From NCBI RefSeq assembly GCF_009834535.1, contig NC_045705.1, positions 31,000,001 to 31,064,000 of the forward strand: a DNA stretch of 64,000 nt, in the 5' to 3' direction. This stretch comes from Camelus ferus. Lineage: Eukaryota. Of the stretch, positions 25,001 to 37,195 are shown one piece after another; the first letter of the stretch is position 1; each line of letters starts with the position of its first letter. The notes under the pieces were generated by a model. That model was not told the DNA's origin. It saw only the letters and a list, made by a program, of their open reading frames with translations, and did not search any database. Made by a program: the position numbers and the translations under genes.

Positions 25001-26489
25001 GCAGGGGCACATCTCTTTGTCTCGGAGCTCTGCTGGAGAAAAGGGTGGGAAGACCCCGGCCTGAGAACCTGAAGTTCTCGACTCTGTATCCCACACCCGC
25101 AGGAGTTCTGGGTGAACTGGTGGGCAAGGACTTCACTTGGCCCTGAATATGCGCATAATAAAATATTTGATGAATGAATGAATGAATGGGATGGGTCTTT
25201 GGCCAGCGCTGGGCACATGACACTTCTTTCTACCCCAGCAGACAAACAACAGGATCCAGGCTTTCCTTCTCAGCTGAAATATGGAATGTGAGCGTACTGC
25301 AAGCTTTCAGAGTTAGGGGAATGCTTTCTAGCAGAATGATCGGCTGTGTGAATGTACGACCTTATAAAAATCCTTGCAGCGCCAAGAAGCTCAGAAGGCT
25401 CATAAGAGACTGATTTTCCAGCCCTAAACTGCTTCTCCCAGAAAAAAAAAAAAAAATCAATAACTCAGGTTAGGTCCCTGAAGACCTCCTCCCCAGGAAT
25501 CTCAGGATCCAGGTAAAATACAAACAGTACAATTGTTTGTTTGTTTAAAAGGTCAACGTCATTTATTCTACACCATGTGGGACAATGAAATGCAGACAGA
25601 GAAAGAAAACTTAGTTCTTGTACATTTTGGCCCCAGCAACATGCAAATAACTCATGGGTTTGCAAATGATTTCTCTGTAACATCTGACTTCCCAGAGCGA
25701 ATAATTCTTATACCCACAAATACTGATTATACCCTACCTTACCACAAAAAATAAGTGGACTCCCAGGCAGAAGCCTCAAGGGTTTTCCCATGTGTTGGAA
25801 GCACTTTTTTCCCCTTGTGGGGAGCTGGGGAAACTAACAACAGTGTTTCTAGTTCCATATAGATCGGAACAATTAGCCCCTAAATTGTACACAATCGTAT
25901 TCCTTAATTGTAATGTGTAGTTTATCATTTTATATACATTTATAATGCTGATATATGATCTTGTTCTTGTTTATAGTTTTATGTGTAATTTACTGAAAAC
26001 ATATTTATAGACCATTATAGTTTACACGATATTGTCACATACATTACCACAAGTAATTTTATATTAGTCTCCCAGCTGCCATAGACTGTAAAATCTTTTA
26101 AGCAGAGAATCTGTCCCATTCTTCTGTGTGCCATAGGATCATCCAGATATCCCTGTGGTTCACCTCCTCACCTCCTTCAGGTCTTGACTTAAATGTCACC
26201 TTCTCAATTGGGCTTTCTCTGACCACTCTATTTAAAATTACACACACGTACACCCATGTTTCCAATCCCCTCTTCCTTCTTTCCTTTTATGCAAAGCACT
26301 TATCATCTGATTTTACTTATTTCATTTGTAGTCTTCCCACACCAGAAGGTAAACTCTATGGGGACAGGGATATTGTCTGTTTTATATCCTCAGAGCCTAG
26401 AGTAACACCATGTAGAAGCTCAATAGACGCTGGGGTTTTTTTATTTGACTTACATGTGTTGTGAAATAATTACCGCAACAAGTTTAATT

Positions 26490-26700
26490 AAAATCCATCA
26501 TCTCATATTGATACAAAAAAAGGAAAAAAAGTTTTTACCTTGTGATAAGAACTCAAGATCTACTCTTAACGACTTTCAAATATACCATACAGCATGTTAA
26601 CTAGAGCCATCATATTGTACATTGCATCCCCAGTACTTATTTATCTTATGGCTGAAGTTTGTACCTTTTGACCACCTTCATCCAATCCCTCTCACCCATC
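26490..26700 (-). mobile_element. L1MA-like 3' end fragment
   Basis: aagatctactcttaacgactttcaaatatac...tgaagtttgtaccttttgacc. Confidence 0.65.
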
Positions 26701-26899
26701 AATAAATATTGTTCAATTCATGAATAGGCATATCTAGGTACTGGGTATGAAATAAGAGGATGAATTGTTTAGCCTTCAGAAGCTTTCTGAAACCTGCCAT
26801 GAGCTATATAAGAGGGGAGACCACACCTGCCTTGCAATCCTCTTGTCTCTCCAGTGCTTTTCACAGTGTCTAACTCAACAGATATATTCTTTTTAAATA

Positions 26900-27048
26900 T
26901 TTTTATTAAGTACCTTTTACCAGTCTCAATCTCACTTTAAGATTATTTATTGATTCATTTGTTTTCATGGAGGTACGGGGGATTGAACCCAGAACCTCAT
27001 GCACGCTAGACATGCATGCACTCTACCACTGAGCTATACTATCCCCCC
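26900..27048 (-). mobile_element. tRNA-derived SINE (Vic-1-like)
   Basis: ggaggtacgggggattgaacccagaacc...ctctaccactgagctatac. Confidence 0.85.
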
Positions 27049-27483
27049 TCAACAGATATTTCTTGAAGGGCAACCAGAAACTTTCCCTATTTTATCTTCC
27101 TCTTAACATAGGGTCACTTCTTGCAGGGCACTGCTGTCACTCTTGCAACTAGCTACCGAGGAAGGCCACAGTCCATTTCTCCAAAATGGAGTGGAGGAAC
27201 AATTACATGATAAACATAGATTCTTCTAACTTCGAAGGGCTTCCCAGCATGGACAAAACACTAGTCCAAATACAAAAGAGCTGATGTGAGATGCAGACAA
27301 GTATGAAAAGCTCCCTGTTTCATTTTTTTGCCTTCTAAATTAAGGTTTTTTGGTTTTGGTTTTTTTTTTTTTTTTAGTCTTAATAAGGATGCAAGGAAAC
27401 AAGCCTCCTCCAAGTACCGGTGGAAATAAAATTCAGATAATCTGTCTGGAGGAATCTGAGAATTTACATACGTTTCTAGGAGC

Positions 27484-27552
27484 TTTTTTTTTTCCTTCGG
27501 TGGAGGTACTGGGGATTGAAGCCAGGACCTCATGCACTATTTCCTTCCCCCA
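27484..27552 (-). mobile_element. tRNA-derived SINE (Vic-1-like), internally deleted
   Basis: ggaggtactggggattgaagccaggacctcatgcac then ctatttccttcccc. Confidence 0.7.
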
Positions 27553-27899
27553 GGAGCTTTTCTTAAGGAAATAATCAGGATAAGCACAGAGATGTACTGA
27601 TGTATTATGAATCATAACATTGTTGAAATAGTATAAAATTTGGTAAGATTGATGCAGTATGATATATCCATAGCCTAGAATATCATACATATTTTCAAAT
27701 AATGATGCAGAAAAATATTTAATTGTGGGAAAATGTTCATGATACATGCTTAGTGAATAAAGCAGGTAACAAATTAATAGGTACAATATGATCCCACTTT
27801 TGTTAGACAGCGTTTATTGAGAGGGACAAAACTCAAAAAGATTTATTAGAATATTAAGAGTGCATCTTTACCACCACTTGGTATTATCACTCCTTTTAA

Positions 27900-28200
27900 T
27901 TTTAATGGTTGGTGATCTCTGTGTTCTGTCTGAGAAATCTTTGTTTACCCAGGTCATGAAAATTTTCTCCTTTATTGTTTTAATCTTTCACATTTAGATC
28001 TATGATCCATCTCTAATTTTTGTGTATGGGGTGAGATACGGGTCAAGTTTCTATTCTTTTCTTTTTCTTTCATGTGGATATCCAGTTGATTCAGCACCAT
28101 TTGAAAAGACCATCTTTTCCCTACTGAGATTTGCAGTGAATCCCTTTTTTTTGAACTCTCATATATTGTTGATAGGAATGAAAATGATCCAACCACTTTA
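27900..28200 (-). mobile_element. Degenerate L1 ORF2 fragment
   Basis: tttagatctatgatccat...ggatatccagttgattcagcaccatttgaaaagacc. Confidence 0.7.
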
Positions 28201-30459
28201 GGAATCTGTTTGACTTTATTTACTAAAGTCAAAGAGCTAAATCGACTTATACCCTGTGATGCAGCAATTCTATTCCCAACTCAAGTGAATATTTATTTCC
28301 ACCAAAAAAAAAAAAAAAAAAAGTCTGTAGTACTTCCATTAATAATAGCCCAAACTGGAAATGATAGATAAATAAATTATGGAATATACTTATAAGTGAC
28401 TATAAGTGAATATACATAGCAGTGAAAAGGAACAAACTGCAACTGTATATAATAATTTGGATGAATTGCACAGACATAATATTGAGCAAAACAAGTCATT
28501 AAAAAAGAGTATATACTGTATAAGTCTATTCAACTGAAGTTTGAGAACAGGCAAAAATAATAAGGAAAGTCAGAATAGAGGTTGCCTCTGCTAGGGAGAC
28601 GGCTCTGACTATTGACTGCAGGGAGCACAAGGGAGCTTTCTAGAGTACTGAAAAGTTTTATATCTTATTCTGGGCGGAGGTCGTTTGGGTGTCTAGATAT
28701 GTAAAATTTATCAAGCCATACACTTAAAATTTGTGCTGTTCTATGGCCAGGGAGAATAACAACAAACAACCCACCAGATAAATGGGCAAAAGAAATTAAC
28801 GCAGTTCATCTGAAGAATACAAATGGCCAATAAACATAAGATGTTCAAACTTAACTCACAAATAATTAAAAACACTCTAATTAAAACAATGTGGACTTTT
28901 TTTTACTGTCAGAATGGGAAATAAATTAATTAAATTTAAAAAGTTGATAAATTTGTGAGAAACAGGCATTCAGTGTATACAGATATAGCCATATGAGAGG
29001 AAAATTTAACAGTAGTCATTAAAATTAGAATATAAAGTCTCACATCTATTTATATAAAGTTCTAGAACATATTAATTAATCTGTGATGGATCAGTAGTTG
29101 CCAGGGAATGAGGCAAGGGAATAAGAGGTGTGGGAAGAAGGGACATGAGAAAATTTTAGGGTGTTCCATTGTTCCAATGTTCCATTGTTTTCATTGTGGT
29201 CATGATTTGATAAGTGTATACACATGTCAAAGTGTATACTTTAAATTCATGTAGTTTAGTGAATATCAGTTATACTCAACAAAGCTGTGAAAAACTCCCC
29301 ATGACCCTCTTTAAAAGATGCTCATATCCTTTAATGTAGATAGTGTGTTTCTAGAAATGTTTCCTTCAGAAACACAAGTGGGTAAAGCACATCCAAGGGC
29401 ATTTTCTGCAGCATTCTTTGATTCAGCTGACTAGAATTAATTGAATGCCAAGAATGTCAGACACTGGGCTGGACATATAAGGTTACAGGTATGAATAAGA
29501 TAGAGTCTCTGCCCTCGTGGAACTAATTCTATTTGTTACTGGTTAGGAAAAAAAAAAAGTTAACCCAGTTGAGTTCCCTATCCACCAACAGGGAAACAAT
29601 TAAAGAAATGATGTTATAATTAAATATTGGCATATCAAAAGCCATTAGACAAAAAGGTTTGTGTGTGTACATATATTTTATATATATATTCAATTCTTCT
29701 GTTTTTAACAACTAAGGGAAGAGAGGTAGTTCCTCGTAGGAGGCAGATATGCGGATATGTGGGACTGGGAAAAAATGGTGAGAGACAAAAAATCCTGGTA
29801 GCATTTGAGTCCCTGGTTCCCCTGGTGTCTGATGCCATTTGTCCACTCGCCCCCCCCCCTTTTTTTTTTTAATGATATCTCCTTTATCTTTGACATCCAG
29901 TTGCCCTTTCTGAGGTTTGTTATACGAGTCAATAAATCATCCTTTTTGCCCAAGCTCATTAAGAGTTGGGTATCACAACNNNNNNNNNNNNNNNNNNNNN
30001 NNNNNNNNNNNNNNNNNNNNNNNNNNNNNNNNNNNNNNNNNNNNNNNNNNNNNNNNNNNNNNNNNNNNNNNNNNNNNNNNNNNNNNNNNNNNNNNNNNNN
30101 NNNNNNNNNNNNNNNNNNNNNNNNNNNNNNNNNNNNNNNNNNNNNNNNNNNNNNNNNNNNNTAATATGAGGTACATAGTGTCAAATTCATAGAAACAGAA
30201 AGTAGAATGGTAGTTTCCAGGAGCTGAGGGGAGAGGTCAATGGGGANNNNNNNNNNNNNNNNNNNNNNNNNNNNNNNNNNNNNNNNNNNNNNNNNNNNNN
30301 NNNNNNNNNNNNNNNNNNNNNNNNNNNNNNNNNNNNNNNNNNNNNNNNNNNNNNNNNNNNNNNNNNNNNNNNNNNNNNACGGCATATTTTATAGTATTTA
30401 TAGATTGCTATAACACAAAAAAAGAGTTGGACTTCACATTGCAACTGATTAATACACAT

Positions 30460-30850
30460 TTGTTATGATAGGTTAAGCTGCTGTAACAATTAAACCTAAA
30501 ATAAATAGCTGAAACAAAACAGAATTTAATTTCTCTCTCCTTTAACAGATTAGGGTAGATGTTCCCAGTTACTACTCTAAATAATTTTTTGTGACGCAGA
30601 TTAATGGGGACTCTCTGCCATCTATAATTTGTTCCTGCTGAAATGATTCTAGCCAACATAAAACATCATCACCATTCCATCCCACAAGAAGAGAAAAAGG
30701 GTATAGAAGAGATTGGAGAATTTATGGACCAGGCCCACTGGTCCTCATGCTTGCATACATCACTTTGGCTCCCATTCCATTGGAGATAACTGAGTCCTGT
30801 ACCACCTCATTCCAAGGGGCATTGAATATATGGCTGCTCAGATATTGTAA
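30460..30850 (+). mobile_element. MaLR LTR (MLT1K/L-like)
   Basis: taggttaagctgctgtaacaa...gaatttaatttctctc...cattccattgg. Confidence 0.5.
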
Positions 30851-31827
30851 AAGAAGTGGCTAAAGAATTTTGGTGGACAGTTTCTAAAAAGAAACAAAAA
30901 AATCCCTGGGGGAATATGCATCTAATTCTAATAGTGGTTTTCTTGGAGGTGAGATTACAGGAGACATTCACTTTTTACACTGTACAGTTTTGAAGTGCTT
31001 GCATTTTTATTGCAAGAATGTGTTACTATTTTAAGCAGAAACTAAAAAGGAAAGCCAGGGTGGAGAGAATAATAATAAATTTGACTATATAAAAAGTGAA
31101 ACCACTTACTAATACAGTCTTAATTGATGAAAACAGAAACCAACCTAAATTTTCATCACAGGAGAATGGGTAAATAAATGATGGTATAATCATACAATGG
31201 ATTATTAGAGAGCAGTAAAAATTAATGAGCAATACCTGCACACAACAATGTGGTTGAATCTTTAATGAAAAAGTCATAAAAGATTATTTGCTGTATTTAT
31301 CATTTTTATTAATCACACATTTGTGTGGTAAAAACCATACTGCTTTTAACTTCCATTTTGAAAATATTTTTAAAAGGAGGCAGAAGAGCATAATGAACTC
31401 TCATAGAACATCAATCCGATTCAACAATGATTAATATTTTGCCATATTTGTCTAATCTGGCTTTTATTTCTTTGTACAGTATTTTGATGCAAATCCCATA
31501 TATGTCATTTATTTCTACATACTTCTGTAAGCATGTAGTAAGTAAATTTAGACATTTCTCACATAGCGACAAGCCACAACCACATTAACAAAATTAACAA
31601 TAATTCTTTGGTATTATCTCAGTCCATAATCAAACGTCTCCAGTTATTTCAAAACATCACTTTTCAAAGCTGGTTCATTTGAATCAGGATCCAAACAGTT
31701 CACATGTTTACTTCTGTTTGTCTTGTCTCTAGGATTCCTAACCTGAGGCAGCTGCTCTCTCATTCTTTTTTTTTTTTTTTTTTCTTTCGTGTTTTTGACT
31801 TGTTGCAGAAACTGAGTCAGTTATTCC

Positions 31828-32413
31828 TGAAATGCTGCGGAAAAACGTGTTACAGCTCGGTGTTACAGCTCAGTTGTGACAGCAACCCAGATCTGGCTGA
31901 AACACCAAGCAGCACTCGCAGAGTTGGAGAACTCAGGTTTATTAAGCCAGCCAACAGGCGGAGAGGAGTTAACACTTCAAGCTCTGGACCCCGCTTGTAG
32001 GTTTACATAGGCCTTTTATAGGCTGCCAGTTTTACACTTTGCAACATCATGTGCAAATAAAGTACAACAGAAGTTGACTAACCAGGAACAAACTTTGTAG
32101 AAATAGACCAATCAGGAGTGAGAGAAATAGCCAATCAGGAGTGAGCTCCATGCAAATGAAGTACTAAAATGGACCAATCAGAAGTTAGGGAAGTGGACCA
32201 ATCAGAAATGAGAATAATAACCAATCAGGAGTGAAGGAAATAACCAATCAGAAATGAGCTCAGGGAACCAATAGAATTTTAGGTGTAAGTTAGCCGCTTT
32301 AGAGGCAGAAAGTGAGATAGAGCCTTTGGGCCAGGGAACCGGACGGTGCTGGGAGGAGACCAGCGGACCTGCCTAGGGGTCCTGCCGGTATTTTTATGGG
32401 GCTTCCCGCCTCA
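31828..32413 (-). mobile_element. Solo class I ERV LTR (about 585 bp) with CCAAT array
   Basis: TG...CA ends; on minus strand 7 CCAAT boxes (32108-32272), TATAAAA (32020-32014), AATAAA (31943-31938), two GAGCTGTAACAC units (31847-31871); interrupts an older L1ME-like sequence; TSD not cleanly resolved. Confidence 0.85.
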
Positions 32414-33719
32414 GTAGAACCTCCCACATTCTGGATTTGTCTGTTGCTCCACCATGATGACATTTAACTTACCCCTCTATTGCCTGTATCTTCTATAAAT
32501 GAAAGTTAGCTCTTCAGACCTGGTTAAATTCAGGTTTGATTTGTTGAGGTTGGTGCTGTGAGCATTACACTGCATCACATTTGGGAGTCTGTGATGTTGG
32601 GTTGTCCTGCTTTCAGAAACACGGAGATTTGTGGCCTCAGCCTGATCCCTTCATGGTGAAATTCATGTCATATCCTTATCTAAGGCTTTTATACATTGAT
32701 GACCCAATGGACTGGATGAATTATTTCACTAGGGATTCCAAAATGCTGTGTTTCTAATTCTGTCATTCTATCCATATTTATTGGCTGAAATGCAAAATAC
32801 TGAGTTTCTAATTTTATTATTCCTTCCACATTTATTAACAGGAAGTCTGCTGTAAAGAACTTTCCCTCACAAGCTGGAGGAATTTGGTTACTCCACAGTA
32901 CAGTTCATATAGAAAAGGCAAGAGAGGACAGATATCTTCATTGATACTGTTCACTGATATACACCAAGTGCTAGCATATTGTCTGGAGTATACAGGACAC
33001 TCATTTATTATTTTTAATTGAGTAGAAATCCATATATTGGAATACTGTGTTGTTCCTCTTTGAAAAGAATAATTGTACATTTACCTATACTGACATGGTA
33101 TAATACTTATAAATAATGTTGAGTGAAAAAGCAGGTTATAGAACAGTAAATAGAGAATAGTCAATTTTTATAAAATACGTATTTTTTAAATGTATCAAAA
33201 AATAGGATGAACATGATAAAACAAACAATAAAATGTTAATTGTAGAATTTAGATGGTGGTTACATGGGATTTCCCTGTTCAATTTATTCAAGTTTTCAGG
33301 TTTTCATTTTATTATGAAAATGTTCATCGTGAAATGTTGAAAGAATATTTATAAAATATTTTTATAAAATGTTTATAAAAATCTGTATTTCTGAAGAGTG
33401 GGCTTGGGGTTTAGCATGGAACTTTTCAGGTTATACACCTCATATAAAGCAAAAATTGTAAAATATCCTTTGACGCAGTAATTCCACTTTTAGGAACCTA
33501 TCCTAATATAGGAATACTAAATATAGAAAAAATTTTAATGATGGAAATACTTTCTAATAAAAATTCGGAAATATCCTGAATGTCTAATAATACAACAATC
33601 ACATTGTGGCATAGTAATTAGGTTTATTATAAATGATAAAGACAATAATAATAATACAGAAAGTGCTTACGGCACATTTAAAAAAATTGTGATACAGAAG
33701 TTTACTAACATGAGTACAA

Positions 33720-34445
33720 TTTTTTTAAGTGGTGCACATAAACCACACAGTACTATCATATGAACCCAAAATTCCACTCTTAGATAAATATCCAAGAGAA
33801 ATGAAAACATATGTTGGAGGAGGATATAGCTCAATGGTAGAGCGTGAGCTTAGCATGCTTGAGGTCCTAGGTTCAATCCCCAGTACTTCTGTTAAAATAA
33901 AAACAAATAAATCTAACTTACCTCCCCCTAAAATGGAAAACATTATGTCTACACAAAAACTTGTATACGAATGTTCACACAGACATTATTCAAAATAGCC
34001 AAAAAGCGGAAACAACCCAAGTCTATCAATTGATAAAAGGAGAAATAAAATGTGGTCTATCCATATTATGGGATATTATTTGGTAATAAAAAGAAAGAGT
34101 ACTGATACATGCTATAACATGGATGAACCTTGTAAACATTATGCTAATTTAAAGAAGCCAGACTGAAAGGATATAGTATGATTCCATTTATTTGAAATGA
34201 TCAGAACAGGCCAATCTATAGAAACAGAAAGTAAATTAATGGTTGCCTAGGCCTGGTGGGTTGAGGGGAGACAGGGAGTGACTGCTAATGGGTATAGAGT
34301 TTCTTTGGGGGATGATGAATATGTCCTAGAACTGATTGTGGTGATGGTTGTACAGCTGCAAATATCCTAGAAAACAATGAACTGTACATTTTAAATAGGT
34401 GAATTGTATGGTATGTGAATTATATCTCAATGAAACTATTATAAA
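33720..34445 (+). mobile_element. L1MB-like 3' end (host of SINE at 33816)
   Basis: aaaattccactcttagataaatatccaagagaaatgaaaac...aaacaacccaagt...gaattgtatggtatgtgaattatatctcaat. Confidence 0.78.
33816..33932 (+). mobile_element. tRNA-derived SINE (Vic-1-like) nested in an L1 3' fragment
   Basis: Full head and tail; TSD-like gaaaacatatgt / gaaaacattatgt. Confidence 0.88.
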
Positions 34446-34452
34446 AACATTC

Positions 34453-34565
34453 TTTTTTTGGCAGGGGAGGTAATTAGGTTCAGTTATTTATTCTACTGGG
34501 GATTGAACCCAGGACCTTGTATATGCTAAGCATGTGCTCTACCACTTAAGCTATATCCTTCCCCC
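34453..34565 (-). mobile_element. tRNA-derived SINE (Vic-1-like)
   Basis: ggggaggtaattaggtt...tactggggattgaacccaggacc...agctatatccttccccc. Confidence 0.85.
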
Positions 34566-35520
34566 TAAAAAACTTTAACTTAATGGTACACAAAGAAAAG
34601 AAAATTGGAGAAGAAAAAAATAAATGTATTTGAAATGGTAGGATTATGGGTGATTAAATTCTACTTCCTGTATTTTCCAGTTGTTACAAGTATGTATTAC
34701 TCTTATAAGAAGAGAGACCTTTTTAAAAAGCACCAGGTACAAGTTTCAGATAGCTATTTAAATGTAAATAATCAGCAGTACAGCATTCCATTTATCTCTT
34801 TGTAGGTCTGGGTTTTATATTTAAGCCTATCAATCATAATATTTTTCTTAATACGAATATATTTTCATAAATAGTACAGATATTATATATATATTTTTTT
34901 CATAATATACATATACTGCAGTTTGGTCACGAGGAGGGAGCCATGAATTCAGGCAGATGGGGAGTAGGTTGGGAAAGGTCAGATGAACCCAGGTCCAATG
35001 TTGGTCTAGCCCTCTCCACCAAGCGCCTCTACTTAAGAGCTCAAAGTCCCTTCCACTCTCCCGTTTAAGGCTCTACCCTACGCCTCGAGTCTCTTCCTGG
35101 TCCTGTCTCCCTTTTGGTGGGGTCACACCTCACCTGGGGGTGCCCCTCACCTGGGGTCACAGTCCCCTCCCACCGGAGGGGGTTTGGGGTTACAGGCCCA
35201 CTGGCCATTGGTCCCTGCCTCCCTCGGCCTGGGTCCCAGTTTCCCGCCCAGGAAGCCGTGGTCCCTCCCCCGAGGCCGGCGGCCCCTCCCCCTGACCCAT
35301 GGTGCCGGACCCCGGGGACCCAGGCCGTCCCGAGGTGTCCCTGGGGGCCAGGCCAGAGGACTCGGCGCCTGAGAGGCCCGCGCCGACCGCGTCGCCTCCG
35401 CGGGAGGCTGCCGACCACCCTCAGCCCTCGGCCTCGTCGCCCTCTCTGTCCTCCCCGCGGCCGCCCACCGCGAGCCCGCGGGTGGGCAGGTCGCCGCTGC
35501 GCCGGGCCAGGTGGGGCGGG

Positions 35521-35694
35521 ATGGCGGCCGGCACGTTGCTGGAGGCCGGCCTGGCCCGGGTGCTCTTCTACCCGACGCTACTGTACACAGTGTTTCGCGG
35601 GAAGATGCCGGGCCGCGCGCACCGCGACTGGTACAACCGCATCGACTCCACCGTGCTGCTGGGCGCGCTGCCGCTGCGGAACATGACGCGCCGG
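35521..35694 (+). CDS. PTPMT1: PTPMT1 exon 1 (mitochondrial phosphatidylglycerophosphatase / dual-specificity phosphatase)
   Basis: [58 protein letters not shown]; 174 nt; donor CGG|GTGAGC. Confidence 0.96.
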
Positions 35695-35795
35695 GTGAGC
35701 CGGGACGGGAGGCCGGGCCGCGCCGTGGCTGGGAGCCGGACGACCGCCGCCCGGGCCTCGGCGGCCCTTTCTGAGCCCCCTCTTTGCCTCGGCAG

Positions 35796-35876
35796 CTGGT
35801 ACAGGACGAGAACGTGCGCGGGGTGATTACCATGAACGAGGAGTACGAGACGAGGTTCCTGTGCAACTCCTCAAAG
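35796..35876 (+). CDS. PTPMT1: PTPMT1 exon 2
   Basis: ggcag|[27 protein letters not shown]|gtgagg; 81 nt, phase 0. Confidence 0.96.
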
Positions 35877-36179
35877 GTGAGGCGCCGGAGTTCCTGGGAG
35901 GAGCTGGGGCAGAGGCCTCCGCCGGCCTCGCCCACCACCCTGAACCTGGGGGAGGTTGGGGGAGGGGTGCTGTAGGTGACCTTGCCCCAGAGACAGGTGT
36001 CCCAGGCTTTTTTTTTTTTTTTTTTTTTTTGCCTCTTCTGGAAGAGGATCTGGGCCTCTAAGCTTAAATGGCTTTGGCTGGAGGTAGAAACCTAATTTTG
36101 AAATAGAAACTGATCTGAAAGACATTTAAAAGTAGAGCTGACAAAGTCTGATTACTCCTTTGTGCACAAATGTATTCTT

Positions 36180-36262
36180 TACTTTTTAATGGCGGTACTG
36201 GGGATTGAACAGGACCTCATTCACGCTAAGCATGCACTCTACCACTGAACTATAACCCTCTC
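36180..36262 (-). mobile_element. tRNA-derived SINE (Vic-1-like) in PTPMT1 intron 2
   Basis: Perfect 16-bp TSD GCACAAATGTATTCTT at 36164-36179 and 36263-36278. Confidence 0.9.
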
Positions 36263-37020
36263 GCACAAATGTATTCTTGATTTCGGTAACTTAAATCAGT
36301 AACCAGAACTGAAAGAACTTTCCTATGGCTTACTTTCATTCATTCAACACTTACTGAGCACTAAGTATGGATCAGACGCTGTGTTAGGTACTCAAGATGA
36401 AGGCAGCTATAAACTGTAAAAAGAAAAGCTACCCCTTATCCCCCGTAAACTGATCATAAAATCACCCGCCGGAAAAACTGCATAGGACTCATGTGGCTTT
36501 GAGTTGAGGGAATTTTTATTCATGTGTTAGAGATGATAGTGGAACTCCAAAGCCCTGTCGTAAACAAAGCTCAGGCCTAAAAATTGATTTTCATTAAATG
36601 TGAATGCTTGTTTGTGGAACTCTTCAAAATGGTTATTAGACGTTGCCCTATCTTTACGGTTTTTGACTTCTATTAGCACTACGCAACCATCTTTCTTATT
36701 TACTGATAGAGCATAATGAACATGCAGTTATTTCAACCCACAGATTTTTTTTGAAACCTTAAAAATATTTGTGACTCACATTTAAAATATATTGATGAGT
36801 GATGGCATACATTTTCAAAGAATGGATAACAGTTCCTTGGATTTCCCACAGTACTTTGCCACAAGACCTCAGGAGTTATTAGCCATAACAGTAAATGTTC
36901 CTGAATGTGGTCAGTCCTGTGGAACAAGAGGAGTCACAGAAAGTAGTCTGTCTCTGGGTGGGAAGCACTGACATTTCTAAGTGGCTATCTTATCTCACTA
37001 GCCTAGAGAAAAGAAGTATC

Positions 37021-37195
37021 CAAGGCAGTGGTTCTCACATTTTAATGTGCCTAAGAGTTATCTGGCAGTCTTGTTGAAATAGCAGATTCCTAGGTACAAC
37101 CCGTAGAGATTCTGGCTCAAGAACTCTACAGTGGGGCCCAGAAATCTGAATATTTAGCAGGCTCTCCGGGTGTTTTTGATGTAATTGATGCATAA
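37021..37195. mobile_element. MER5A-like hAT MITE
   Basis: cagtggttctcacattttaatgtgc...gcagattcctagg...ggggcccagaaatctg. Confidence 0.7.

Larger units (their letters stand above)
35200..35950. promoter_or_regulatory. CpG island: PTPMT1 promoter and probable divergent upstream CELF1 promoter
   Basis: CpG-dense; YY1-like GATGGCGGCC overlaps the PTPMT1 ATG; minus-strand donors at 35134 and 35151. Confidence 0.8.

Noticed and set aside
23991-25245. Many long overlapping ORFs (up to 278 aa) on both strands
   Set aside because: CpG-island composition suppresses stops; Pro/Arg/Gly-rich with no recognisable domain; several are inflated by Ns
32108-32272. Regularly spaced short repeats superficially like a CRISPR array
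   Set aside because: Eukaryotic LTR U3 tandem repeat with 23-24 bp period and related spacers; no cas genes
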